Shown one piece after another: positions 26,923 through 36,785 of a DNA stretch of 64,000 nt (positions within the stretch are counted from its first letter, which is position 1; each line of letters starts with the position of its first letter). Source of the stretch: a virus (Duplodnaviria > Caudoviricetes); the IMG/VR virus record IMGVR_UViG_3300035522_000179, positions 32,001 through 96,000 of that record, one strand, 5' to 3'. The notes beneath the pieces were generated by a model, which made no database searches, had not been told where the DNA came from, and saw only the letters and a program-made list of their open reading frames with translations. A program made the translations under genes and the position numbers.

Positions 26923-27205
26923 AATACTCAGGGACGGATCCGATTCGCCTGTTGGCGTGCCGGTAGCAATGAAAATACCTGTTCCTTACTTATTGTTTTA
27001 TCTTGCGGGCAATATCTGTCAAGGAATGATTCCTTCGATTTGTTGTTTTGCATGGCTTGTAAAACTCCATAAAATGTGTAAAGAATGCTGTACCGGTGAT
27101 TGAAGGCGGCATTCAGCGGCGTAGCCTTCATTTTGGGGCGGAATAGGGGGTTCGACTGAGTATTAACGATCCTAGAGGATAATTCAGTATCCTCTAGGAT
27201 CTCTT
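26923..27205 (+). ncRNA. Candidate structured late ncRNA (~245 nt plus terminator)
   Basis: AACA-N6-TA at 26912-26923; closing stem TAATACTCAG/CTGAGTATTA; internal hairpins; raised GC; terminator at 27168-27201. Confidence 0.65.
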
Positions 27206-27210
27206 TGTTG

Positions 27211-29367
27211 TTAAAATGAGAAAGGATTATCATCTTCGAAAGTGTTAATCCCGTTTAATTCATTAAATAAATCAAGATCAATGGAATTCGATCCATAGTC
27301 TTCATCAAATGCGGTCATCTCTTCTTTTGTTACATTTCCAGTATCCAAAGAAATCGAAGAGGACATGATCTTCGCAGTCTCTTTTTGAGACTCCAATATC
27401 GCTTGTCTTAAAATGGATTCATAATCCATCATCTTAGCAATTTTCTGATCTTCTATAATTGCTTCTGCCACATCTTCTGGTAATACTTCCGCTAGTTCTC
27501 TCTGTGTTCTGTGTAACCCTCTATTGGGTTCTGTTTTTTCTTTCTCTCCAGGAATATAACCAAACAAAGGAAGGTTATTTCCATGAATCAAAACATACAT
27601 AGCAATCAAGTAAGACATAATACTATCGTCGTGTGATCCAGGTCCTGCAGCAATCTTTCCAGAAGCAAGACGAACAAGTCCAGAGATATCTCTTATGATG
27701 TTTGCCGTAATAAAGTCATCTTTGTTTGCAGCAATTCGATCGGCAAGAATTGCGAACATATCACTTCTAGATTCTTTATCCGTATAAACTCCATAATAGG
27801 ATTTTTCAGCAGCTTTCTTCTTAAGAATGGATTCTACGGTTTCGTTTGCATTCATAGTATCCTGAACCAAATCTTTTGCTCTATCGAAATACAATCTATG
27901 AGAAATCTTACTATTGAGTAAGTGATCAATGATTCCATCACCTACACTGTTTCTCTCGATACATACGATCGATCTGGGAATGTGCTGTGTTACCAATTCA
28001 ATAATAATCTGTTCATATTCCGTTTCACCAACATAAGAGCACTCAAACTCTGCAACAGGTCTAGCTGTATAAGGATTTAATGCAGTGATTGCATTGTGGT
28101 CTTGGTTGGTACCAGTAGAACAGTCGATACCGAGAATATAGGGAATTGCAGGATCCAATTCTTCGTAGATCTTAAACTCATAATAATCTCTGATCCAAAG
28201 AGAAGAAATCGGTTTATGAGCATGATCGTTGATATACTCGATATCCTCTTTCGGATAAGGAGACAAAGAAGATCCATGTAGTCTTTGAAGCAAAATTTCT
28301 CTTCGAACAGTAAGAGGATCTCCAATCTCATTTGAGATTTTCTCAAGCCACTCTTCATCCAAGCCAATCTGATAGTAGTGAAACTCAATATAAATGATAT
28401 TGTTGGATCCACCAGATTTTGCATAAGCTTGCATCTCTTCTTTTGTCATGTCATAAATTTTCTCGGTCCAAGGTTTTGTATTATTCAAAACAGCTTGTGC
28501 TTCCTGACCAGCACCGGAATCCAAATCACCAGGAGTACATGTAAATACTCTTGCATGTAAGGTTCCATTTGCTTCGGATGCTCTTGCTGCTGTTTCATAA
28601 GTAGATACGGAGTTACTGATAATACTTCCAATATAATCCGTAAACTCCGGCTCATCATAGTGAATGATAGGAGCAGTCAAACCACGCGCAAGGGATACTG
28701 CTTTTGGTCTAGATCCAGCACCTGCTCGAATTTTAATGGTGTTCTTTGTAACAGGTTGTTTCATCTGGGTAGCGTTATTAACTGCTTTTACTGCTTTTCC
28801 TGTTTCATCGTCGTAATACGATTCGAATCTCATATACTCAGGAAGTAAATCAATTTGTGTTTTGATACGTCCTAAGTTTTCTTTTGCGTCTGGTTGTTGT
28901 TTATTCACAAAAATAAAATCAGAGGTAGTTGTTCCAAAAGAATAACCCCAAGCAAATGCAGCTAGTGCAGATTGTGTTTTACCTTGCTGACGAGGTAAGC
29001 ATAACCAGGAGTCAATTCCATGTAGAATACAAAACGCTTGTGCGATGTTTCCTCTGTTTGCTTTATACATAACACCTTTCGGATTACCAGGGTCTGGTAT
29101 TCGGCATACTTCTCTTAAATAATACCAAAGATTCCTTCTACACTCTGTAATCACTCTAGCAATTTGGTCTCTGGTAAGTGTTGTATTTCCATTACTATCT
29201 ACTGCATGAGGATTTACATTGATTAATGTCGGATCATTTAATTCGAGAAGAAAATACCATTTCTTGACACCCAGCGTTCTAAGGTCTTTTGCTAACTGCA
29301 AAAAAGAAGTATTTGCAGTTCCAATGTCATAAATTTTATTTCCTATTCTTTTTAGTCTAGATCCCAT
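27211..29367 (-). CDS. terL: Terminase large subunit
   Basis: Walker A PRQQGKT, Walker B IIHYDE, nuclease motifs LGIDCSTG, CIERNSVG, HDDSIMS. Confidence 0.93.
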   Translation of the reverse strand: MGSRLKRIGNKIYDIGTANTSFLQLAKDLRTLGVKKWYFLLELNDPTLINVNPHAVDSNGNTTLTRDQIARVITECRRNLWYYLREVCRIPDPGNPKGVMYKANRGNIAQAFCILHGIDSWLCLPRQQGKTQSALAAFAWGYSFGTTTSDFIFVNKQQPDAKENLGRIKTQIDLLPEYMRFESYYDDETGKAVKAVNNATQMKQPVTKNTIKIRAGAGSRPKAVSLARGLTAPIIHYDEPEFTDYIGSIISNSVSTYETAARASEANGTLHARVFTCTPGDLDSGAGQEAQAVLNNTKPWTEKIYDMTKEEMQAYAKSGGSNNIIYIEFHYYQIGLDEEWLEKISNEIGDPLTVRREILLQRLHGSSLSPYPKEDIEYINDHAHKPISSLWIRDYYEFKIYEELDPAIPYILGIDCSTGTNQDHNAITALNPYTARPVAEFECSYVGETEYEQIIIELVTQHIPRSIVCIERNSVGDGIIDHLLNSKISHRLYFDRAKDLVQDTMNANETVESILKKKAAEKSYYGVYTDKESRSDMFAILADRIAANKDDFITANIIRDISGLVRLASGKIAAGPGSHDDSIMSYLIAMYVLIHGNNLPLFGYIPGEKEKTEPNRGLHRTQRELAEVLPEDVAEAIIEDQKIAKMMDYESILRQAILESQKETAKIMSSSISLDTGNVTKEEMTAFDEDYGSNSIDLDLFNELNGINTFEDDNPFSF

Positions 29368-29510
29368 ATTTATAGACCTCCATTAGAATAACGTTTTTTG
29401 AATGGATTCGAAAACCACTTTTGGTCAGTGATATATTATTTTTATGGAACCAGACAAGAAAAACTGAATATGGAACAAAAAACGTCATAAGAGAAAGCGA
29501 GGTAATTAAT

Positions 29511-31232
29511 ATGAAGAATTACTTTAAGGTTCTAAAGAGGTATCACATGATACTTCCGCTATTGGTATTGATAGTGATTACTGCTATCAATTCTAGTCTT
29601 GGAGTTTATATCACAAAACTGTTTCAGTTTGCAGCAAATGCGATAGGAACTCCGGAGGTTACTCGGCTGATTGTTATATTGTTACTCACAGAGATCACCT
29701 TATGTGCTATAACAAGATTCAAATGGTATCTAAACAGATACGTTAGAGAATCATTAGCGGACAAGTATCGGACTGACATCTTTTCAAAGACAGAAAATAT
29801 TTCTGTAAAAGATTTGGAAGATTTCAGTATTCCGACACTTACATCAGCCACAGAGTATGCGTATACAACCTCCGATAATATGGTTGAAGTACCAAAGACA
29901 ATCGTTTCCTGTCTTAGTACTTATATATCAACTGTATGCGCAATGCTCACCACAGATGTAAATCTTTCATTCATCATGATTGGGTTAAGTACTATCTGTG
30001 GATTCGTATTCATCGGTCTTTATAGAAAGGTCGGAGATTACGAAAAAGAGAGAAAGGAATTATCTACCAAACTGAATACTTGTATTACAAGGCTTGAAGG
30101 TTATCTTGTAACAAAGTGCTTTGCAAAAGAGAGTTATGAGGTTAACAAGTATGCAGGTATTTCTGGTAGATATAAGAAGGGCTCTCTAAAGAAGTCTGCA
30201 GCCATTCAAAATGCTTCGACAGTATTTGGTGCAATGAATGTATTCATTGATGCTGGAGTACTCATCTATCTATCACTTACTTATGATGGAAACCTTACAA
30301 GTACAATTAGTAAGGCATTAGTATTCTACAGCTTAGCAAATAACTTATTTGCACCATTTGACAACCTGTTGGAAGTGATTGATGCAACCTCAACAATGAT
30401 GGTTCACATCAATGATAATGAGAAATTGTTATCAATGCCAGATGAGTATGATGGAACCATCGAGCTTAAGCAATTCAATGACTCTATTGAGTTTCGGAAT
30501 GTATCCTTCTCCTATGAGGATACAGACAACGTTCTTTCCGAAATCAATGTGAAGATTGAGAAAGGGCAAAAAGTTGGAATCTATGGAAGAAGTGGAAGTG
30601 GAAAATCCACATTTGTAAATCTAATCAATAGATTCTTCCCTGTAGATTCTGGTGAGATTCTTATTGATGGAGTAAACATCAACCAGTTTACAAAATCATC
30701 CTTAAGAAAAATCATAGGAAATGTCACTCAAGAATCCTTCCTGTTCTCTGACATGACAGTAATGGAGAACATCAAGTATGGAACCAATGCAACAGATGAC
30801 GAAGTGGTGATAGCAGCAAAGCGTGCAAATGCACATGAATTCATTAGCAAACTTCCAGATGGATACAATAGCTATGTTGGGAACAACGGAGTAAAGCTAT
30901 CTGGTGGGGAGAAACAAAGAGTTGCAATTGCAAGATTATTCTTACTTAATCCTCCAATCTTAATACTGGATGAAGCAACCAGTAGTTTGGATACTGAGTC
31001 AGAAACATACATCAAACAAAGCATTGAAAACCTGTCAAAAGGTAAGACTGTGATTTCTATTGCACACAGATTTACTACAATAGAAAATAGTGACTTACTA
31101 ATTGGAATCAAAGACCATACTATTTGTGAATGTGGTCCAGCAGAAGAGATCAAATCTACCAATTCTTTATATAATGAGTTGGCTGGGATTGATCCGAATA
31201 CCAAGAAATATGAAATTGGGTTCATGAAATAA
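29511..31232 (+). CDS. ABC exporter half-transporter (TMD+NBD, MsbA/ABCB type)
   Basis: GRSGSGKST, Q-loop VTQE, LSGGEKQR, ILILDEATSSLD, IAHR; N-terminal TM helices; early motif at 29431. Confidence 0.93.
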   Translation: MKNYFKVLKRYHMILPLLVLIVITAINSSLGVYITKLFQFAANAIGTPEVTRLIVILLLTEITLCAITRFKWYLNRYVRESLADKYRTDIFSKTENISVKDLEDFSIPTLTSATEYAYTTSDNMVEVPKTIVSCLSTYISTVCAMLTTDVNLSFIMIGLSTICGFVFIGLYRKVGDYEKERKELSTKLNTCITRLEGYLVTKCFAKESYEVNKYAGISGRYKKGSLKKSAAIQNASTVFGAMNVFIDAGVLIYLSLTYDGNLTSTISKALVFYSLANNLFAPFDNLLEVIDATSTMMVHINDNEKLLSMPDEYDGTIELKQFNDSIEFRNVSFSYEDTDNVLSEINVKIEKGQKVGIYGRSGSGKSTFVNLINRFFPVDSGEILIDGVNINQFTKSSLRKIIGNVTQESFLFSDMTVMENIKYGTNATDDEVVIAAKRANAHEFISKLPDGYNSYVGNNGVKLSGGEKQRVAIARLFLLNPPILILDEATSSLDTESETYIKQSIENLSKGKTVISIAHRFTTIENSDLLIGIKDHTICECGPAEEIKSTNSLYNELAGIDPNTKKYEIGFMK

Positions 31233-31386
31233 TCAATAAAAAAGAAACTACTGTTTATCGCAGTGGTTTCTTTTTTTATTGTATTTATATGATCCTATGA
31301 AGTCAATAATCTCAATGATATATTATTTTCATGAAGTGATTCTAGCATGAATGAACGGATAAAGGTAAGAAAGAAAATTATTTTAG

Positions 31387-31899
31387 GTGGAGATATATCA
31401 AGAACAGATGATTATCAAGAGCCTGGAGGTACTTATGACTGGAATGGAATTAAAGGAAATGAAGATCAATGTTGAAACACAAATTGAAATGCTAAACAAA
31501 CTTTGCGTTCGGTATGGGCATGAGGAAGAGATGATTCATGTTGTCAATGAAGCAAATGTAACAATCGAGAATACTGATTTGAAAGACGTAAATGAAGAGG
31601 CTAGTGATGTTACTGGAGATGTTGGGACAAGACAGTTGTATGAGACTTTTAAAAAGCGTGGATTGAACTGTATGTACGATGGTGAGTTCACAAGCTGGTT
31701 GATGGAGATTTGTGGATCTACAATATTTGACATGTTGCACCCGAAGGATGAGACAAATGAGCATTCTGAATTCTCCAATAAAGTATGGAGAAATGAGGTT
31801 ATATACGATCATTTCGATTGGTTTGATGAGATTGCCGATAAATTGTTTATCTTCATCAACGTTATTTACCATGTGTATTTATGTTTGCCTTTAAGGTAA
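31387..31899 (+). CDS. Hypothetical early protein
   Basis: ORF downstream of early motif at 31318; start uncertain. Confidence 0.55.
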   Translation: MEIYQEQMIIKSLEVLMTGMELKEMKINVETQIEMLNKLCVRYGHEEEMIHVVNEANVTIENTDLKDVNEEASDVTGDVGTRQLYETFKKRGLNCMYDGEFTSWLMEICGSTIFDMLHPKDETNEHSEFSNKVWRNEVIYDHFDWFDEIADKLFIFINVIYHVYLCLPLR

Positions 31900-31986
31900 T
31901 AGGATGTTCAGTGATTGTTATTGATGTTAACATAAAAAAGAAGGATGATGTATTTCATACAGGTCCTTCTTTTTTATTGTCATAGT

Positions 31987-32046
31987 CGTAAAGTCGTTTT
32001 TATTATTGATATATCATTATTGTGAATTCGAATAAATATAACCTTA
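31987..32046 (+). repeat. 60-bp early-promoter module repeated at 33213..33272 (1 mismatch)
   Basis: CGTAAAGTCGTTTTTATTATTGATATATCATTATTGTGAATTCGAA(T/C)AAATATAACCTTA. Confidence 0.9.
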
Positions 32047-32148
32047 AGAAAGCTATATTATTCAGAATGAAAGTGAATATCACATCAATCAGAATATCTA
32101 GTAGGTTACGAACGATTCTGAAATCTATTAATCATGGAGGAAATGATT

Positions 32149-32295
32149 ATGATTACAGTGGAAACAGGAATGAGCTATGATGACACAAAGAAAATTTTGG
32201 ATGAGACCAAGAAAGAAATATTGAACAAAACTCTTCGGAAAATTTTGAAGAAGGACTCAGACAAAAAGGAAACTGACAGTTCATCAAAGAACTAA
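32149..32295 (+). CDS. 48-aa basic early protein (MITVETGMSYDDTKKIL...), not in the ORF track
   Basis: GGAGGA RBS; open frame to TAA. Confidence 0.55.
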   Translation: MITVETGMSYDDTKKILDETKKEILNKTLRKILKKDSDKKETDSSSKN

Positions 32296-32336
32296 ACCAG
32301 AACACATTACTTACAAAGAAAGCGAGGAAACAAGTT

Positions 32337-32795
32337 ATGAGAAATGCAAAGTCAAGGTTCGAGAAAAAGTTCCGAAAAGATGTAAAAATCACCACAATCA
32401 CTCCTAAGAATTTTACCAAGGTTTCTGGTTCATTCTTCAATGGAGTAAAAGATTCCTTCACTGCTAAGAAACATAGTGATGAGCAATCTCAGAAGCAGGG
32501 AGTATTAAACAGCGCACATGATTACTTCTTTAAGCTGAAAGATCTCACTGTTAAGATGACAGTTAAATTCTATGGTCCTGAGCGTGGACAAGAAGTGAAG
32601 GCTAATCTGGATAAGTCCATGAGAACATTCTCTGAGATTATCAACTACGAGTATGTGGAGAGTCACCAAAGAGAAGACAGTGAAACAGATCTTTCGGATG
32701 CATTTATGGAGTTGATTGGAACCTACGGCGGTCTTACTCAGGAAGAATTCAACAACATCTACATGGAAACCATGCAACGTATTATCTTCGACTAA
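32337..32795 (+). CDS. Hypothetical early protein
   Basis: GAGGA RBS. Confidence 0.65.
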   Translation: MRNAKSRFEKKFRKDVKITTITPKNFTKVSGSFFNGVKDSFTAKKHSDEQSQKQGVLNSAHDYFFKLKDLTVKMTVKFYGPERGQEVKANLDKSMRTFSEIINYEYVESHQREDSETDLSDAFMELIGTYGGLTQEEFNNIYMETMQRIIFD

Positions 32796-32815
32796 AGAAA
32801 GAGAGGAAAAAAGTT

Positions 32816-33124
32816 ATGGAAACAAATACTATTGATTATGATGTTATGATTGACAAGATCATTGAAACACTCAACACAGTTTGCAAAATAGAGAATCCTT
32901 GTTGTTACACAGCAGCTGTGGTAAGATTGCAAGGTATTGGATATGGATTCGAATATATCTATATTGACACTAATGCATTAGGTGATTACAAACTTGCCAA
33001 TTTGAAATCATTCGAGAGTTTGCAGTATCCGATCAAATGCGAAATCATTAGGAAGACTAATCCAAACACCGGAAATGACTGTTATGGACTGGAGTTTTCC
33101 AGAAGTGTCAAGTGGATGTTCTAA
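32816..33124 (+). CDS. Hypothetical early protein
   Basis: GAGGA RBS, terminator after the stop. Confidence 0.6.
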   Translation: METNTIDYDVMIDKIIETLNTVCKIENPCCYTAAVVRLQGIGYGFEYIYIDTNALGDYKLANLKSFESLQYPIKCEIIRKTNPNTGNDCYGLEFSRSVKWMF

Positions 33125-33387
33125 AAACGAAAGAGGAGCTTGCTGGATTTGGCGGCTCCTCTTTTTTTGTATCTTTTTGTGTGTTCCATGAAATGATAAT
33201 ATTCCTATATGGCGTAAAGTCGTTTTTATTATTGATATATCATTATTGTGAATTCGAACAAATATAACCTTACAGCAGTTACATTTGATCGAGTTTGATC
33301 TTTACAACTGAATATAGAAACATCTTCGATTGTGATTTACATAGTCGAAGGCAACCAACAAATCGATGGGAGAAACCCAAGGAGGAA

Positions 33388-33723
33388 ATGATTATGAGTA
33401 TTGATGTAAAGGCTGCAAGAAAGAAGTTTGACAAGAAGGTTGACGCTGTTGGTAAGAAGGCTGGTATGAACTATTTCGAGAGAAAGAAGTTTGTGAAGAC
33501 TGCTAACAATTTCTGCTATGACACCGGCGTAAACGTTGCATCTCAGCTGATCGTTGATGGTGCAGAGACCACTGCATACTATGCAGGTAGATTGGCTTTC
33601 ACTGCTGTATCCACGGGAGTTCGTGGAGTGAAGGCTGGAGCAAAAGGAGTTGCAAATACTTGCCGTAAGATTACTGGTAAGAACTCCGGGGAAGTTGATC
33701 AGCTCGAAGACGATGATCAGTAA
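33388..33723 (+). CDS. Hypothetical early protein, paralog of the N-terminus of 34152..35168
   Basis: AAGGAGG RBS; shared GKKAGMNYFERKK...YDTGVNV.SQLIVDG.ETT. Confidence 0.7.
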   Translation: MIMSIDVKAARKKFDKKVDAVGKKAGMNYFERKKFVKTANNFCYDTGVNVASQLIVDGAETTAYYAGRLAFTAVSTGVRGVKAGAKGVANTCRKITGKNSGEVDQLEDDDQ

Positions 33724-33807
33724 TTTTCTATGCTCCAAAACTGCGAGGGGTGATGAGTTGATTCATTGCCCCTCATTACAACTGAATATCGAAAGGGAGG
33801 TGATCAC

Positions 33808-34047
33808 ATGAAACTTTTCCAGGTTTTCAAAAGAGGAAAAGTCAAGTGTGAAGAAAAACATCCTCACACTTGCACTGGTTCTATTGAATGTGCTGAATCA
33901 CTGTCTGGGTTAGCAATACCAAATTTATCGGACGCTGAAGATTTAGACAAATTCATGGAACTGTTTTCCATCTATCTTTCCGCAGAAGTGCAAGCAATGA
34001 TTGCAACAGGAAAGATCAGTATTAAAGTAGCGGATTCACCGGTATAA
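33808..34047 (+). CDS. Hypothetical early protein
   Basis: GGGAGGTG RBS before ATG 33808. Confidence 0.6.
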   Translation: MKLFQVFKRGKVKCEEKHPHTCTGSIECAESLSGLAIPNLSDAEDLDKFMELFSIYLSAEVQAMIATGKISIKVADSPV

Positions 34048-34151
34048 AAACCGTGAATTATAACCGACCCACAATTTCATATGGAACTTCTTCGATTATA
34101 AAAACTTAATCGGAGGCAAAAATTTAATAGTAACCAAAGGAGGAAAAGGTT

Positions 34152-35168
34152 ATGAGCGTAATCACAATTAAGAAGGTTGACAAGAAGGTTGATTCATTCG
34201 GTAAGAAGGCTGGTATGAACTATTTCGAGAGAAAGAAGTTGGTGAAGACAGTTCATCGTTTTGGCTATGATACCGGTGTAAACGTTACATCTCAGCTGAT
34301 TGTTGACGGCATCGAGACAACAGTTTACCACACTGGCAAGCTTGCAATTTCCCTGGCTAAGACTGGTGGTAAGGGAATCAAGGCTGGAGCATCCAATGTG
34401 GCTAAGATCGCTGGAGAGACTACCGGAAAGATCAAGACCAAGATCAGTAAGAAGGAAGAGGTTGAAGAAGAGATTCCTGCAATCGTTGAAGTTGATCTTG
34501 AAGACCAGGTTGAATCTCAGGAATCCAGTGATGGATCTGACACTTCTGCAGAGAAGACTTCCAACAAGAAGACTCACGCGGAACTTGTTGCAGCATTAGG
34601 AATGTCCATCAGTCGGATGAGAATTATGACTGAATCATTTGCAAATGTTGTACTTGACATGCTTGGAATTGTTGATGAGGAGGCTTCCAAAATATACCAC
34701 GACGCTATGTTGGATGAGTTGGATGACACTATTCTGGAGGTGGCTGGAGTTGATGACTTTGCAAAAATCTTTGCTTTAACTGATGAGAAACTTGATGAAA
34801 TGAATGAAGAATTGAGATCCAGTACGGATGATGCAATAGATTCCATGATGGATTTACCCAATACCTCCAAGCGTGTTAAAAATGAACTGATGATGGAGAT
34901 GGCAGATATTTTAGCTAATCATGGAATCAACATCAACGACGTCATCACAAAGACTCCGGAAACCGAGCAGACAGCAGAGCAGGTTGATGAAGTTGTAGAG
35001 GAGAAGACGATCGAAGAGGAAGTTGGTCCGGAGCAGATTGTTTGTACTGCAAACAGCACTGAGGAGCTCAACGCAAAGGATCCGATCCTGAAGGAGACCA
35101 TGAGCAAGCCTCAGGCAGAAGCACCGAAGACTTCCAACAAGAAGGCTCAGACTTCTAAGAAGAAGTAA
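34152..35168 (+). CDS. Hypothetical early protein (basic N-terminus, acidic C-terminal part)
   Basis: AAGGAGG RBS; paralogous N-domain. Confidence 0.7.
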   Translation: MSVITIKKVDKKVDSFGKKAGMNYFERKKLVKTVHRFGYDTGVNVTSQLIVDGIETTVYHTGKLAISLAKTGGKGIKAGASNVAKIAGETTGKIKTKISKKEEVEEEIPAIVEVDLEDQVESQESSDGSDTSAEKTSNKKTHAELVAALGMSISRMRIMTESFANVVLDMLGIVDEEASKIYHDAMLDELDDTILEVAGVDDFAKIFALTDEKLDEMNEELRSSTDDAIDSMMDLPNTSKRVKNELMMEMADILANHGININDVITKTPETEQTAEQVDEVVEEKTIEEEVGPEQIVCTANSTEELNAKDPILKETMSKPQAEAPKTSNKKAQTSKKK

Positions 35169-35228
35169 TTAGTTGCGTAATAGCAACAACGAGAAGCTGT
35201 GGGTTTTCCACCACAGCTTCTTTTTTTG

Positions 35229-36455
35229 TTATCCTTCATATCCAGCAGGATAAATACTGGTAAATCCAAATTTGTTTTCATCGATCTTTTTATTCAGTGC
35301 AAGCATTTGAAGTCGATCCATTCTCTCTTTGTATGCTAACAGGTATTCCATAGAATGAGGAACTTCATATTTTTTTGCATATTTCGGATTGTTTAAAATA
35401 TCAATGTAATACTGAGCCGTATCCTGTTTGCTTCGAATATAAGATAAAATCAGAAGTTTATCATCATGACTCTTAATCTTATCAATCTCCACGGCGATAT
35501 AATCGATATCATAATTACTTAATTTCTTCAGTTTCTTTTTAGAAAAGAAAAATTCCGTGTAATAAGAATCAACAATATCATTTGCTCTTTCACAAGTAAT
35601 TTTCATTTGCATGGAATCAGTTGTAACAGAAGTATCATTACACCCTTCCGTGTAAATACTCCTTGCATTTCTAATCCATCCTCCAATGTAATCACTGGGT
35701 GCATTCATAAGTAGCTTATCAAAGATTCTCTGATTCAATCTTCCTTTGCGATATCTGAAGTTATTTACAATCTCTTCTGATAATTGTACACAGTTTTTCA
35801 TAGAGGTCTCTTTGTCACTGAACCGATCAATAAACTTATTTAACACGGAAGTTAATTCTGCATTGTACCCAAGTTGAGAAGCAAATTTATCAGCAGCGAT
35901 TTCTCTCTTGATATCCTTTGCAGAAAAGGTACAGGTATCCATAATCGGTAAAGAAAGGATTCCTTTAAACCGATCAGAATTTAAGATTTTCTTTACTCCC
36001 GTTTCCATCTGAGCATACTCGTATTTTAATACGTTCACAATTCGAGTAGGAACAGAATTATTGTCGATCACATGACCAATCTCATGAAGAAGCAAAGCGG
36101 TCAGTTCTCTTGGAGAAATCGTAACGATGGAATCATCCAAAATTCTTCGGTCAATTTCTATGTACCAAGAAGTATTTTTACTCCAGATCTCATGAATCAT
36201 ATTTACCGGTTCTTCTTTTACTATGGAGTTTACGATCTTATCCATGGTAGAAGTTTCCGGAAAGACACTCATTACAAAGCAAGGGTCTGATTTTTTCACA
36301 TTCGTCATGACTTTGATAGAGAATGTCTGATTAAAGATTTCTTTCAAATATCTTTCAATCTCTCTAAGTGGTACGGTATCATTTATATTCTTCTTTAAAG
36401 AAGAAAACGCCTCATCGATTTTCGCGAGACGGATTTTCTTAGCTTCTGCATTCAT
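35229..36455 (-). CDS. Zincin-like (HEIGH) putative virion metallopeptidase
   Basis: ELTALLLHEIGH, REIAADKFA; late motif at 36482-36493. Confidence 0.65.
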   Translation of the reverse strand: MNAEAKKIRLAKIDEAFSSLKKNINDTVPLREIERYLKEIFNQTFSIKVMTNVKKSDPCFVMSVFPETSTMDKIVNSIVKEEPVNMIHEIWSKNTSWYIEIDRRILDDSIVTISPRELTALLLHEIGHVIDNNSVPTRIVNVLKYEYAQMETGVKKILNSDRFKGILSLPIMDTCTFSAKDIKREIAADKFASQLGYNAELTSVLNKFIDRFSDKETSMKNCVQLSEEIVNNFRYRKGRLNQRIFDKLLMNAPSDYIGGWIRNARSIYTEGCNDTSVTTDSMQMKITCERANDIVDSYYTEFFFSKKKLKKLSNYDIDYIAVEIDKIKSHDDKLLILSYIRSKQDTAQYYIDILNNPKYAKKYEVPHSMEYLLAYKERMDRLQMLALNKKIDENKFGFTSIYPAGYEG

Positions 36456-36611
36456 TCGTTTTTCACCGACCTTTCCAATATTAACAGATTGTTTTTTCCA
36501 TTAGAATAAGGAAAATTTAAACATATATTATTTTTATAGATAAATACACGAGGTTTTGACTGAAAACTTATGTTTTTATTCACAATTTATTAGGAGAAAG
36601 GGGAGTTAGAA

Positions 36612-36737
36612 ATGAAGAAAAAGAAGTATAGTGATAAGTATGAAAACTTCAATATCTCAGAAGCTTTGGAGAAGTTGCTCTCAAAAAGAAGAGCGAAAGA
36701 AGATACCAAGAATCTTTGGAACAAAAAGAAAAAGTGA
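36612..36737 (+). CDS. 41-aa basic peptide, not in the ORF track
   Basis: GGGGAG RBS; downstream of early motif at 36523. Confidence 0.4.
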   Translation: MKKKKYSDKYENFNISEALEKLLSKRRAKEDTKNLWNKKKK

Positions 36738-36785
36738 TTGTAAAGGGAAACCTTTTCAATAGATTTTATTAAGGAGGAGAAAGAA

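Noticed and set aside
27135-27156. tmRNA or tRNA (GGGGCGGAATAGGGGGTTCGAC resembles a tmRNA 5' end)
   Set aside because: It is followed directly by the closing stem and terminator; I found no tag ORF, T-arm or CCA acceptor end.
26928-27233. 101-aa minus-strand ORF from the track
   Set aside because: It overlaps the terL stop, crosses the terminator and has no RBS; the region is better explained as a plus-strand RNA.
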